Below are positions 28,416-41,737 of a DNA stretch of 64,000 nucleotides, piece by piece (positions within the stretch are counted from its first letter, which is position 1; each line of letters begins with the position of its first letter). Both the position numbers and the translations under genes were made by a program. Source of the stretch: Eledone cirrhosa (taxonomy: Eukaryota); NCBI GenBank assembly GCA_964016885.1, contig OZ024749.1, positions 4,154,001-4,218,000 of the forward strand, read 5' to 3'. The notes under the pieces were generated by a model, which searched no databases, had not been told where the DNA came from, and saw only the letters and a program-made list of their open reading frames with translations.

Positions 28416-29508
28416 GGGCCATAAAACCATAGGACTTAAACAGCTTTGCAGTATTTGTTCCATCGTTGAATTATTTGAGATCAACAGACGACCAAGTAGA
28501 ATATTCAGCTTGATTTCGTATTCTAGAGGTGGATTAAATAAGTTGCAACCAGATGTGGGTGTGTTAGTTATATTTATTCCGAGAGGTTTAATATTTAGAA
28601 GAGGTAATTGGTATGGTATTTAATGGACCAATAGTTACTTAATGATTGGTAGGGGGCGCTGTATTGGCATACGAAGTTTCTTGTGCATTTTAAGCCTGAC
28701 GGAGCCCATAACTGAGCAGGGTTGCATTCAGCAGATTTCTTTCATAGAAAGTGGGAGAGAGAGGAAATGAAGAAGAGAGTAAGAATCTACACGAGTCATT
28801 GACTGGTAATCTTTTTTTGGACAGAAATTATGAAACGCGAGTTTGATCTCGGTGGGATTTGAACTCCGAGAGAAAATAGTCTGAACATATACCGCAAACC
28901 ATACTAGCCGAGGTTCTAATGACTTTGTACAATCACCGTTTAAGAAGTGGGGAATATTATAATCAAAATTGAGACACATCAAGCACATTGATAAGCAATG
29001 AATTCCGAATATCTTTAGAGCGTAGAGCAAAATCCCTATTGGCCTCTCTTACAGTATTCTCCACTATAGGTTTACAATACGCAACGTTCAAATCGTCCGT
29101 TCATAATACTGGTATGTGATATTCTGACATAATTTTGATAGTGTAAGACGAGATGGCTTGTTGTAATTCTCCGGCATTGCCTAAGTGGAGTATTTGGTTT
29201 AACACAACTACACATATACTATATAGATACCCAGTGACTGCCGGCAGCGGGCTTATACTATTCAGTTTACGCTGAGCTATGTCAAAATATTAACACTAAA
29301 TATTATATTTTATCTAATGAAAGCATACTCAAATTTGGTATCCTTGAAATGTGTATAATGAAATAGATATGGTATTATAAGAATAATTTTCATTTATTAA
29401 TATTGTTAATATTAATAATACTCCAGATAAAACTTGTAGTGAGCTTCAAATCTGTTATGAAATTAATTATGTTGTATAATAATCAACAAACCATATAACT
29501 CATTTTTC

Positions 29509-29703
<195 letters not shown>

Positions 29704-30281
29704 GCGAGACAGAGAGAAAGGAGAGAGGGAGAGAAGATAGTTAGGCGGATAGATTGAAAGATAAATATACTCCTCTAGCACTCAAGTGCTTCAGTATATT
29801 TCCACGATTGGAACTCAAATTGTCAAGATTAGGTTTGATTTGTCTAGAAATTTTAAGTCAGTTGTGACAAAGCAATATATTTGTTTGGACAAACAAACAA
29901 GTATTTAATTTAGTTAGGTTTTTTCATGGATATTTAAATGAATTCGAATGAACACATTCTCCAATCTTAATGAATTGCATTGTTTTGGCTTGATTACATT
30001 ACAAGTCTCTTTGCTAATTAATACAACTAATGAAGATAAGTTTAAAAAAGAGAAGGATACGTTTCATTAATACAGCAAAATTCAATATTTTCATTACATA
30101 TTTCTAATGTATCAGACATACTCATGAACCTGAAATTAGTAGGGTATTTCTATTGCACCTAAAGTACCGACGACGAGTGTTCAAATATTGTGGAGCAGTA
30201 GAACAAACATAGTGAAATGTACACGAAAGTGACTGGTCCTTTATCAGACCTATGCACACATTACTTAGTAAGTTAATAAAT

Positions 30282-30473
30282 TCCTCCTTCGGTCACGCAT
30301 GACCTTGGGATTTGCTAAGTTCCCCTACAAGTCACAAGTCCGGGGAAAGTTGTTTGTGGAAAACGAGCAGTCACCCATGTATACCAGTTTCCCTCTCCAC
30401 GCCGCCGATAATGTCCGAGAGAAAGGCTAGGTACGATATAGCTTCGCAGAAGTGAGATCACAGCTCATAGTTC
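30282..30473 (-). mobile_element. Diverged SINE fragment
   Basis: CACAAGTCCGGGGAAAGTTGTTTGTGGAA..AGCAGTCACCCATGTATACCAG..CCCTCTCCACGCC resembles a common cephalopod SINE body (recognised from memory). Confidence 0.45.
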
Positions 30474-30677
30474 CCAAATAAAACCAGCGTTACACAACAT
30501 TGTGTGACAAAACTGGCCATTTGATTTAACAGGAACAATATATATATATATGAATGTATATATAGTGTATTTTGCAATACACTGTATGCTTAATTAAAAG
30601 CAATTTGAAGACCTTACGCTATTGTTTTAAGGTAGTGACTATGTCACTTACTTCTTTTTTCAGAAAACAAAAGGAGA

Positions 30678-30725
30678 TAAGCTGACAGATCTCTGTTTCG
30701 TACTGTTGGTACGCCTCAGAGCTTA
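30678..30725 (-). ncRNA. Type I hammerhead motif, variant core
   Basis: Minus strand: TAAGCT-CTGAGGC-GTACcaacaGTAC-GAAA-CAGagatCTG-TC-AGCTTA. Confidence 0.7.
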
Positions 30726-30865
30726 CCACCCACTTTGTGTGCTGACAATTATGAATGTTCGATTCTTAAAGAATTCCAGTAATAATCAGGAACTGATTAT
30801 ACAGAGCGGTTGCCGGTCCAGCAAAAATTAAAAATTAGAATTGGTGCTCTGAAATAGCGATATAT

Positions 30866-31278
30866 CTATCTAAGGCGGGTAAAATTCCCGAGATCCATGG
30901 ACGAGTTCTCTCCAGCGGTCTCTGTCCCTCATTATCGCTGCCATATCCTGCATCTCCAACAGACCAGTGTCTGTCCTTAGGGCATCAACATATCTTAACC
31001 TTGGTCTTCCTCTTCTAGTGTGTCCATGTAGGGGCTCCCAAAGGAGCACTGAGTGCAATGTCAACTCAGGATGTCGGTGAGCATGTCCAGCCAACCTCAG
31101 TCTCCTCTGTGTCACTTTTGAGCTGACTTTTGGGATGCTCCCATACAGCTCTGAGTTTTTCATCCTCAGTGTATACTGATTAATGTTCAGAGCCATCCTC
31201 AGCATTCTCGTATCGGATGCTGAATTTGCCGACGACATAGTTTTGGTGACAAATACAGTGAATGAGGCAGAGGATTTG
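30866..31278 (-). mobile_element. RTE-like LINE 3' end with inverted RT fragment and 12-bp TSD
   Basis: Minus: RRLRLAGHAHRHPE..VLLWEP.HG..RRGRPR..YVD..RDRDRWR. Plus 31216-31278: DAEFADDIVLV. TSD ATAGCGATATAT at 30854-30865 and 31279-31290. Confidence 0.85.
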
Positions 31279-31487
31279 ATAGCGATATATATATATGTAA
31301 ATATAGTGTATTTTGCAATTTGTTTGCTGAAAAAAGAAGTAAGTGACATAGTCACTACTTTAAACCGATAACGTAAGGTCTTCTAAAAGCTTTTAATTAA
31401 GCATACAGTGTATTGCAAAATACACCATATATACATTCATATATATATATCGCTATTTCATAGCACCAATTCTAATTATATAATAAT

Positions 31488-31519
<32 letters not shown>

Positions 31520-31662
31520 CTCCTTCCCTTTTCACCCCCCCCCCCTCTCTAAATAAAATATTTTTCCCAATATCACACATCAATCTAAAACCACTTTTCA
31601 TATGTTGATTTAAAACTGCACTATCCACAAGTGTTTTTTAGCCTTCATATAATGTTCTCCTC

Positions 31663-31729
31663 TTTTATCTGATGAAAACACAAATATTATTGCATGATGA
31701 TGTTTGTTTTTGAAATGCGCATAATAAAA
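31663..31729 (+). ncRNA. Minimal type I hammerhead ribozyme (family B)
   Basis: TTTTAT-CTGATGA-stem II-GAAA-TGCGCA-TA-ATAAAA. Confidence 0.85.
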
Positions 31730-31766
31730 TATATGGAACTCCTTTAACCATCTTTTGATCTTATAT

Positions 31767-31901
<135 letters not shown>

Positions 31902-32260
31902 AAATGTTACAGTACCGTGAGAGAGAATAGAGAGAAGAAGCGTTATAGAAGGAGACGATACAGATAATTAATTGCCATTATCAGGTGCATTAATGCTCGA
32001 TGGTTGTACTGCCAGGGTTAAATATTAGAAGCATTAAAGTTAGTGTGGGAATTTAAGCAGATCAATTATAATCATCTAACTTTGTAACACCGTTATATAA
32101 ATTTCGATGTTAACATCGTAATCATACTCATTCAGGGTTCATAATTAAACCCTTTATTTTCCTGTGAGCCTCTGAGGATCCCAACTTGGGCATACCATGT
32201 GTAAGAGCTTCTTATACATATATTTTAACGGCTCTCTTCTCTTTCATCAATTTCTTCCAC

Positions 32261-32324
<64 letters not shown>

Positions 32325-32328
<4 letters not shown>

Positions 32329-33420
32329 GTACACGTACATACATATATGTATACAGACGTGCAATAGTATGTATTCATATATACATACATGCACACATAT
32401 ATATATGTACGTATGGATTCACCGAACATTTATTATAATGCTCGGTGTTTGTAAACAAACATCCCGTATTAAGCCGTAGTGTCAGGCAACCATCGTTGCT
32501 CGTTTGTTCAGCACTGATAAAGGAGCGCTGTACTAGTTCCAAGCTTATTATCTATCGTCAGCAACGTGTACCTTCCTGCCAGATTGTTGAACGTATATAC
32601 TTACCTTATGCATATTAACGGCTGAGTAGCCCAATTTGCATATTGAGTGGGTTAATCGGCTGGGTGCACCGAAAACGATAAACGGAAAAAATGAAACGAA
32701 ATTTCTTTTCCCACACTTAGTACGGCTGTTACTTAATTATAAGTATGAACACGTACATACATATATGTAGACAGACGTACAGTGGTAGGTATACATACAT
32801 ACATGCACACATATATATGTACGTATGGATTCACGGAACATTTATTATAATGTTCGGTGTGTTTTTAAACAAACATCCCGTATTAAGCCGTAGTGCCTAT
32901 CAACCATCGTTGTTTGTTTGTTCAACACTGACAAAGGAACGCTGTACTAGTTTCAAGCTTGTTTGCTATCGTCAGCAACGTATACCTTCCTATCAGATTG
33001 TTGAACGTATATACTTACCTTATGTATATTATCGGCGAGTAGCCCAATTTGAATATCGAGTGGGTTAATCGGCCGGGTGCACCGAAAAGGATAAACGGAA
33101 AAAATGAAACGAAATGACGATAGTTAATAAGCTTGAAACTAGTACAGCGTTCCTTTGTCAGTGTTGAACAAACGAGCAACGATGGTTGCTAGACACTACG
33201 GCTTAATACGGGATGTCTGTTTACAAACACACCGAGCATTATATTAAATGTTCGGTGAATCCATACGTACATATATATATGTGTACATGTATTTATATAT
33301 ATATACATACTAATGTACGTTTGTATACATATATGTATGTACGTGTAGATACTTATGTTTAAGTAACAGCCATACTAAGAGTGGGAAATAAAATTTCGTT
33401 TCATTTTTTCCGTTTTTCCT
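32325..33420. mobile_element. About 418-bp unit in tandem (2 copies) plus an inverted third copy; pLTR-like architecture
   Basis: 32326 and 32744 start matching units. 33115-33420 is a reverse complement spanning the unit junction. A diverged relative lies at about 16380-16630. Confidence 0.75.
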
Positions 33421-33821
33421 AGTTCATTTACTTATTTCGTTATTTCTTTATTTCTTTCTTTACTTCTTTCTTTCTTTATTTATGTATTTATCTTTGCCTA
33501 ACAATAGCTAGAGACTTAGGTCGTAGAACTTGCTTTACTTTTTTCTTTACACTTATTCGCTTTTCTTCACTCTCAGTATTTTTTCTTTCATATATATTTT
33601 TACCCCTCATTGTTCTACCTACCGTTCCGACTTCCTCCCCCTCCCCCTCCCCAGTATCTCTTTGACCTCATGCCCAGCTGTAGCTGGCACTAACAACGCT
33701 TGATTGGGTCTACTCCACCCCCTCCCCTCTTTCTCCTACTGGCAGGTTTGGCCACCATCTCCCCTACTAATTTGCAATCACAGAATTACTACTGACTTTT
33801 GACAATCACTTTGACCATATA

Positions 33822-34016
33822 TGGAATTACCCCTTGAGAAGATCGGCTATTTAAATACCATGATAAATTTTCATTTAGTCCAGAATTAGCCGTCGAAACG
33901 GCTTGAGCTCAGCCGTCGGGGACTTACTAGTTCCTATTACCCACTCTACTACCCCAAGTATTGAGTACTTTGGTGCGTTATGGTCCACCTGGTTCCTTAC
34001 CACATTTCCTTCGTTA
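33822..34016 (+). mobile_element. Longest family A copy, with degenerate full hammerhead (33830-33921)
   Basis: CCCC-TTGAGAA-GATCGGCTA...TAGCCGTC-GAAA-CGGCTtgagctcAGCCG-TC-GGGG followed by the family A body. Confidence 0.75.
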
Positions 34017-35320
34017 TATATATATATATATATATGATTTAGCTCCAAGCATAGCAGTATACCAATATGTATAGACAATTCGTATTTCTAAGAAGCACGG
34101 CATGTTTACAGGGTAAACGTTTACGGAGCCGTAGTTATGCAAACACCGGGGCTGATGCCCTCTGATGGTGTCCAGCAGAAGCAAGGGGGACAACTGTCTA
34201 TGCATTTCAGACTTGGCATGTATTTATCAGGATGGTCCCTCCCACCTTTGTAACTGCTCGACTTGAGAATACTCCATGCTAATGAAGCGAAGAGTAATGA
34301 TAGTAATCAATACGAATTAGATATATGAAATAGATATATTTCAGGTACAATTAGTTTGATCTTCCACCATTGCTGCTCTGTGTGATCTGATATCTCTGAC
34401 AATGGAATCGATTATAGAATATCTCATTAGATACGAAAATCAGATTTAACAAGTAAAATCTGGGCCGAGTTTAGGGAAAAGATTGTATTTAGAAGCTGAT
34501 TACTAATTTCAGATTTATCATTACATTGGTGATGGTTGTAGTGTTGATGTTGGTGTTCTTTTGTCGTGTTGATGGTGAGGGAGACTTTGGTAGTGTTGGT
34601 GTTGGCGGCATTGTTGAAGATGGTGATAGGTGTTGTAGTGTAGATAGTGTTGTTAGCGATAATATTGGTGATGGTTTTGGAAATGGGGATGGTAGTGAGG
34701 GGTAGTGTTGGTGATTATGTTTGTGTTGTTATTGCTGGTGGTGGAAATGGAAGTAGGGTTTAGGATGTTGAAGTATTAGTTATTAACGTTGGTGGTTATA
34801 ATGTTGTTATTGTTGGTGCCAACTTGAATGAAGGAAAGGATGAACGAGTCGAAATAAATTTTGATTGTCACGTGGAGAAGGAGAAGAACCAAATCTGGGC
34901 ACCCATGGATAGAAATTCCGGCGACGTGTACAATTATTGACCACTCATGGAAGGACAACAGGATCTAAATCAACAAACGGAAGAATTCGATGTTAAAGGA
35001 CAATAGGGAAATCTGCTTCGTAGAATGGAGACGTATCCGAGGACCGCGCGATTTCAGAGTCAGGGTTGATCACCATATCGATAGTGCCTCGAGCAGGTCG
35101 CCCAAGAAACAGTTCTAATATGTCCAATACATACCTTTCGTCGCAACACTGATTATCTTTTTTCTGTGAATCACATTCTGATTCTATGAGGGCATCGAGT
35201 GCTCACGCGGCGGACCGCATGCGGACGCTTTAAGCATCCAACACCAATTATATATATATACATATATATATATTAATTCAAAATATTAACAAAAAAAGAA
35301 ATTCGTGCGATCAAGTATAC

Positions 35321-35381
35321 TTTATTATACATATTTCAGAGGTACTGAGCTATCATCAACAGTACGTCCTCATCAGATAAA
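35321..35381 (-). ncRNA. Minimal type I hammerhead ribozyme
   Basis: Minus: TTTAT-CTGATGA-ggacGTACTG...CAGTACctct-GAAA-TATGTA-TA-ATAAA. Confidence 0.8.
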
Positions 35382-35500
35382 ATAAGATGATGCATGAAAT
35401 ACCCTGACATAGTAGATGGTTAAGATTCAGTTATATATATATATATAAGAAGAAGTTAAAAGATGGTTAAAAATGTGCTACAATAAATCTCACCTCCTAC

Positions 35501-35926
<426 letters not shown>

Positions 35927-36154
35927 GAGTATATACTTCCGATCTCTTGTCGCATAATGGTGGTGCTGTTTCTTCAGCACACCAGAAAGCCTCTTTACTT
36001 GCCGAACACGGCTAGGCGATGACGTACCCCCGCTGCTCTCTTATTCTACTGTTCCAGCGTTAGAATAACAGAAAGGTATTTTCTGTTTCACAAGCAAAAC
36101 TTCTATACAAAGTCGTTCCATAATCTTGATGGAGGATGGCAAGACATATGACTC

Positions 36155-36213
<59 letters not shown>

Positions 36214-36224
36214 TTATATATATA

Positions 36225-36629
36225 TATCACCTTGATCACTTTGACCGATCAGTCTGCCGGGAGACATTCGGCGCCGCTGGTCACAGCACGTTGCTGTTTT
36301 AGCCATACGATGACGCCATCCCACTGGCTGGGTGGGCAGGCCGTAATTCTAAAGTTTGTCTTAAGCCGGAAGGCTCATTTGGCCGGTGCTTATCCCGGCT
36401 TCATGGCGTGAAGCGACTGAGACCAAAAGATTCCCCGCTGGACAGTACGCCAGTCCAACGCAGGGTTAAACCTCCAGCTATTGCTGGTACTTAATTTCAG
36501 CTGAGTAAACTAGAGCGACGTGAAATAATGTGCCTTGCCCAAGGAAGCAACACATCACCCTGTCCGTGAATTAAACTCACAACCTTTCGATTGCAATCCC
36601 AATGCTCTAAGCACTAAGCCATGCGCATT

Positions 36630-36632
<3 letters not shown>
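36225..36632 (-). mobile_element. About 400-bp tRNA-derived SINE (second family, Meta/V-like central domain)
   Basis: Minus: TGGCTTAGTGCTTAG (A box), GAGTTTAATTC (B box), TCCTTGGGCAAGGCAC, AACCCTGCGTTGGACTGGCG. Its 3' part recurs at 56412-56516. Confidence 0.75.
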
Positions 36633-36667
<35 letters not shown>

Positions 36668-36675
36668 CACACAAA

Positions 36676-36744
<69 letters not shown>

Positions 36745-36999
36745 TGTGTGTGATATGAATCATCAGCTTCCATGATATATATATATATATATATTTATGT
36801 AAATATATATTTGTATGTATGTATATATATATATATATATATATGGGGGGGGGGTGTATGTGTGTGTAGGAAAAGTGTCAGGACACCGACGGCTGAGCTC
36901 TGGCAGTTTCGAGAGCTAGATCTGAACTAAACCGGTTGCATTAGGACGGTAGCGACCTAGCTGAACTTATCAAAGGGTACAGTCCATTATATCTTTTTT

Positions 37000-37198
37000 T
37001 ATGTCGGCACAAGGCCAGAAATTTTGGGGGAGTGGGGAAAGTCGATTAAATCGACCTCAGTGCGTGACTGGTACTTTATTTATCGAACCCCGTAAGGATG
37101 AACGGCAAAGTTAAACTCGGAGGGATGTGAATCTGACAGTAAATAACGGTAACTCTGTGATGCAAAGCATGCCGTCCGACCCTCTACCGATACTGTCC
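37000..37198 (-). mobile_element. SINE (190-bp family)
   Basis: GGCACAAGGCCAG..ACTGGTACTTTATTTATCGAACCCCGTAAGGATGAA..CCCTCTACCGATACTG. Confidence 0.8.
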
Positions 37199-37611
37199 AT
37201 ATATGGGCATACAATTAGAAGAAAACACTGTAGAAGTATCATAACAAACATTCCTAAAATTGTTGTTTTTCTTTTCTGTCACGGGGCGTGGACAATAATG
37301 CGAGGATGTGATGTACATAGTTAAATTCCTTCATAGCAGCGGGGTGCGGCTCTTGGCTGAACTTGCCTGTAGAACAAGGGGGGGGGGGGGGGGTTAAGAT
37401 GACATTCAGATCAGTGGAAGTCACCCCGGTCATGTGTTAAGAGAAAAATCTTTTCAATTATCTCTAATGGGGGTAAAATCAGCATATGAGGATCAAGGAA
37501 TGTTGTTAGAGTGAAAGTGAGTATGCCAAGTCTAACAGTTGGTTAAAGAGCAAAGCAAATATTATTTAATATTAATTAAATTCCTAATTAATAAAATTTA
37601 GTTATTAGTTA

Positions 37612-37765
37612 CATTTGGCACAAGGCCAGAAATTACTTAGTACATTACTGGTACTTTATTTCATCGACCCCGTAAGGATGAAAGGAAAAGTTAACCTCGA
37701 CGGGATTTGAACTCAGATCATAAAGGGACGTAACTATGCTGGAAAGCAATGCGTCCGACCCACTA
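37612..37765 (-). mobile_element. SINE (190-bp family), 5'-truncated
   Basis: Same family motifs. Confidence 0.8.
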
Positions 37766-38089
37766 ATATAGTAATTTATCAATAATGATACCCCCGACCC
37801 CTCAAAATACCATTGCTATGTGTTCGGCCGGCACTATTTATATTTAACAGGAGTGAAAATATTTGGGTTAACTTAAAAAGAATGGAAGCTGAATATAATA
37901 GAGTAGATATGCAAAAATCCGCCTAAGCATAATTAGAGTGTGTAACTAATGAAGAAAAAAACATTTCTACTTCTATCTAAGTATGCTTGTGGTTTCATCT
38001 ATCTTAGTTTATAAATAGGAAAAAGATACAGCCGAGGTCTACCCACCCGGTCGTGAGAGGTTTGAAGCTAAGATATGTATTCTGTGTTT

Positions 38090-38830
38090 ACACGAGGTGA
38101 CAAGTTCATCCATTTTGTTTTAATGTTGGTCCTTTGCAAACAGCATCCGGATCCTTTCCTATGAGCATAAATTGCACGGACGGCGTCCTCCCGAGTATGA
38201 TTTCTGCGAGAAAGTATACTACATCTTAGATGGTATGTAATATTGTTGACTTGGTGGTCACAAACATGGCCTGAAAGTGCTGTTGCATGTCACCGTCCCG
38301 GGTTTCTAAATGTATGTTAGTGTTGGTAATACTGGGTCTTAAAATTGCAGTCGGTTAATCCGATGTTAGCCGTGTTGGAGTTTCCCGTCCTCAAAATTGC
38401 ACTGGTAGACTACGTTATATTCTTGGCTTCTGTTGTTAGGGGGCTCGATGATCTATCGGGACAGTTACACCTCCAAGTTTGCTGGCCACTAATATCATTG
38501 TTGTTGTTTTTTCTGTTAGAGATGAGTTTTTTGTAGTTAGATGATGCGATGTTTTGTGCAAAGTTGGGTGTAGTGCGGTAGGAAAGATTAACCGTATTTC
38601 TGTTGATGATATTGTGGTAGCGGTGCTGGGGTGGGAAGTGTTTACCGAGAGGTCTAAAATAGATCTTCCCAGTTAGTGTTGCATCCTCGGCATTGTGGGG
38701 AAGATTGAACCACGTTACCGGGTGTAAGCGGCGGTGTCGCCGGCTGGATCGGCTAGTAGGGTCTGGATAATATGAAATGTCCTCCCTGAAGTCACTTCTG
38801 CTGAGGGCCTGGATGTAAAATGGCGCGTGA
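38090..38830 (-). pseudogene. Decayed Hydra-type PLE thumb plus GIY-YIG fragment
   Basis: Minus frames: WFNLPHN, KHFPPQHRYHNIINRNTVNLSYRTTPNFAQNIASSN, CNCP; homologous to the 23661 ORF. Confidence 0.8.
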
Positions 38831-38933
38831 TCTGCTTGTTTGCGAACAAACGATATATGTGGAGGGAGATGCTTTTAACTAATTTGTTGGTAATGTTCGT
38901 AGGATGGTTAGAACTGCGGTGGATATAGTATGC

Positions 38934-38961
<28 letters not shown>

Positions 38962-38964
<3 letters not shown>

Positions 38965-39072
38965 ACGAAGGATTTGTGGTAAGGAACCAGATGGACCGTA
39001 ACGCACCAGAGTACTCAATACTTAGGGTAGTAGAGTGGGTAATAGGAAAAAGTATGACCCCGACGGCAGTCA
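38962..39072 (-). mobile_element. Family A short element
   Basis: Reverse complement of the family A body. Confidence 0.8.
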
Positions 39073-39080
39073 TACGTTTT

Positions 39081-39126
<46 letters not shown>

Positions 39127-39183
39127 TAAACAAATAATGAATAAAACAATGAAACAGTTCCTTATATTAAACAAAAAAAGTTC

Positions 39184-39331
39184 ATTATTTAACGATCGTT
39201 TCTAGGATATATATGTGTTAGAATTGGCATGCATATTCAACAGATCTATGTACAAAATTATACAAAATTATACAAACTATCAAGATTAAATATACATACC
39301 AACACATATATACGCCGTCTTCAGAAATAAT
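39184..39331 (-). ncRNA. Type I hammerhead with long stem II (mirror copy)
   Basis: Reverse complement of 39333-39480. Confidence 0.75.
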
Positions 39332-39332
39332 T

Positions 39333-39480
39333 ATTATTTCTGAAGACGGCGTATATATGTGTTGGTATGTATATTTAATCTTGATAGTTTGTATAATTTT
39401 GTATAATTTTGTACATAGATCTGTTGAATATGCATGCCAATTCTAACACATATATATCCTAGAAACGATCGTTAAATAAT
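39333..39480 (+). ncRNA. Type I hammerhead with about 115-nt stem II
   Basis: ATTATTT-CTGAAGA-[TATATATGTGTT/AACACATATATA; GGTATGTATATTTAA/TTGAATATGCATGCC]-GAAA-CGATCG-TT-AAATAAT. Confidence 0.75.
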
Positions 39481-39681
39481 GAACTTTTTTTGTTTAATAT
39501 AAGGAACTGTTTCATTGTTTTATTCATTATTTGTTTAATATTTTATCTTGACTCTGTATACCGTTTATCTTTCACCGAAAGTGATTTTTCATTACATCTC
39601 TTCTTTCCATGATATCCGGAATACATTGAGTTCTTCATACGGATTGGACACTACCGTAAACTCTTGGTAGATTTATTTACA

Positions 39682-39719
<38 letters not shown>

Positions 39720-39930
39720 AATATATATATATATATTTAGGTTTGAAGGTTCACTACTGGTTAGAGCTGGACGATTCCGTATGGTCAATCTTGATGTAAT
39801 AATATGGAGAGTACTCAACGTAAAGCAGCTCAACCGTCTTCGTTTGTGTAGCTGGTGGTGCGAGTACGGAGGTAAATATTATAATAAAAAAACAAGAGGC
39901 TGGACTTGTGTAAATCCTTGAAGTTTTATT

Positions 39931-39988
39931 ATACTATGATCATTTCAATGACCGGGTTCCGTATCAATGCGGTGATATCATCAGTTAT
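39931..39988 (-). ncRNA. Minimal type I hammerhead motif, stem I mismatch
   Basis: Minus: ATAA-CTGATGA-tatcACCG...CGGTcatt-GAAA-TGATCA-TA-GTAT. Confidence 0.65.
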
Positions 39989-40143
39989 TCGAAATATAAT
40001 AAATGAACGTAAGAGATAAAATCCATGGGGCTGAAAATCATAGACCCGATGACAACCAATATCTAGCATCTTCCACTTTAGCCGGTCGCCCCCAAGTGCT
40101 GGCCATTAGGCCATCTTAAGGCCATCTGGTGAGGGGGCTAAAG

Positions 40144-40202
<59 letters not shown>

Positions 40203-40511
40203 AACCTGTGCAGGTGTTTTTGCACGTAAGCGTTGCTAGTGACATGCGGATAGAATGATTATATGATAATAGAAAACCGATAAAAACATAATAAAAAACT
40301 TACTTTGAATTGCCGTGAATCTGTTTTGATTATGATGAGTTGAGCAGATGTTTGGTATAGTTAACAATATGGGCATTCCATTGACTGGGTGAATAACATG
40401 CATAATTATGCTGGGTCTATTTAATGATAGATTGTGTGGCATGTGTGTATATGTGCATATAATACACATATAAAAACTCACACACACAGGTTCGGAGGCT
40501 TATACAAACAC

Positions 40512-40564
<53 letters not shown>

Positions 40565-40581
40565 GTTTTAATATAGATGAG

Positions 40582-40628
40582 ATTCTACAGGACTAGAACT
40601 GTTTCATTCTTTAGAAATCATCAGGAAT
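40582..40628 (-). ncRNA. Type I hammerhead (family C, mirror copy)
   Basis: Reverse complement of 40627-40673. Confidence 0.75.
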
Positions 40629-40673
40629 TCCTGATGATTTCTAAAGAATGAAACAGTTCTAGTCCTGTAGAAT
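40627..40673 (+). ncRNA. Type I hammerhead (family C)
   Basis: ATTC-CTGATGA-tTTCtaaaGAAt-GAAA-CAGttctagtcCTG-TA-GAAT. Confidence 0.75.
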
Positions 40674-40757
40674 CTCATCTATATAAAAACTTTTATACTC
40701 TGCTATGTATTGAGTACCTTACTTACTGTGGTTACCTCCGATTCAACCCGGAATAAC

Positions 40758-40842
<85 letters not shown>

Positions 40843-40892
40843 TATATATATTTATACATATATATCTGCGTATGTGTATGTATAAGTATATA

Positions 40893-41001
<109 letters not shown>

Positions 41002-41014
41002 GTATATATATATA

Positions 41015-41172
41015 TAACGAAGGAAATGTGGTAAGGAACCAGGTAGACCATAACGCACCAAATTACTCAATACATAGGGTAGTAGAGTGGGTAATAGGAA
41101 CGAGTAGGACCCCGACGGCTGAACTCAAGCCGTTTCGACGCTTGAGTTCAGCCGTCGGGGTTATTACTCGTT

Positions 41173-41176
<4 letters not shown>
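41015..41176 (-). mobile_element. Family A short element with palindromic head
   Basis: Body reversed; 41094-41130 is inverted at 41140-41176; (TA)n on both sides. Confidence 0.8.
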
Positions 41177-41229
<53 letters not shown>

Positions 41230-41343
41230 TCATGTAATAAACAACATAAGATAATTATTTCATTTACCAGTGGTTTCTTGAAAGCAAACTGTAACCTACA
41301 TAGAGCACTCTTTTTACCTGGACTTTTCCGACGGAATTACTTC

Positions 41344-41383
<40 letters not shown>

Positions 41384-41388
<5 letters not shown>

Positions 41389-41522
41389 TAAAAGGAATTC
41401 CAACTTTGTCTGATTTACTCGTTTTATTTAAAATCCTTTAAAATTTATAATACCATTATAAATTTTAAATGATTGTAAATAACACGAGTAAATCAGACAA
41501 AGTTGGAATTCCTTTTATTAAT
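41384..41522. repeat. About 140-bp imperfect palindrome
   Basis: ATTAATAAAAGGAATTCCAACTTTGTCTGATTTACTCGT and its reverse complement at 41484-41522. Confidence 0.85.
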
Positions 41523-41563
41523 GTAATCTTCTATACACAATCATACACACCCGTGTATATTTA

Positions 41564-41676
<113 letters not shown>

Positions 41677-41737
41677 GATATGTTGATTTAAAACTGCACT
41701 ATCCACAAGTGTGTTTAACCTTCATATCATGTCCTCC

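Larger units (their letters stand above)
30545..31478. mobile_element. Tandem/inverted pLTR cluster interrupted by an RTE insertion
   Basis: 30545-30670 is inverted at 31320-31447, and 30833-30865 is inverted at 31446-31477. Contains a hammerhead. Confidence 0.7.
39118..39546. repeat. Perfect 429-bp palindrome (214-bp arms, 1-nt spacer at 39332)
   Basis: The arms read as exact reverse complements. Confidence 0.92.
40564..40757 (+). mobile_element. Family C pLTR remnant: 128-bp palindrome (40564-40691) plus unique 3' tail, in (TA)n
   Basis: Centre GAATTC at 40625-40630. The tail matches 55938-56004 and 15318-15385. Confidence 0.85.
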
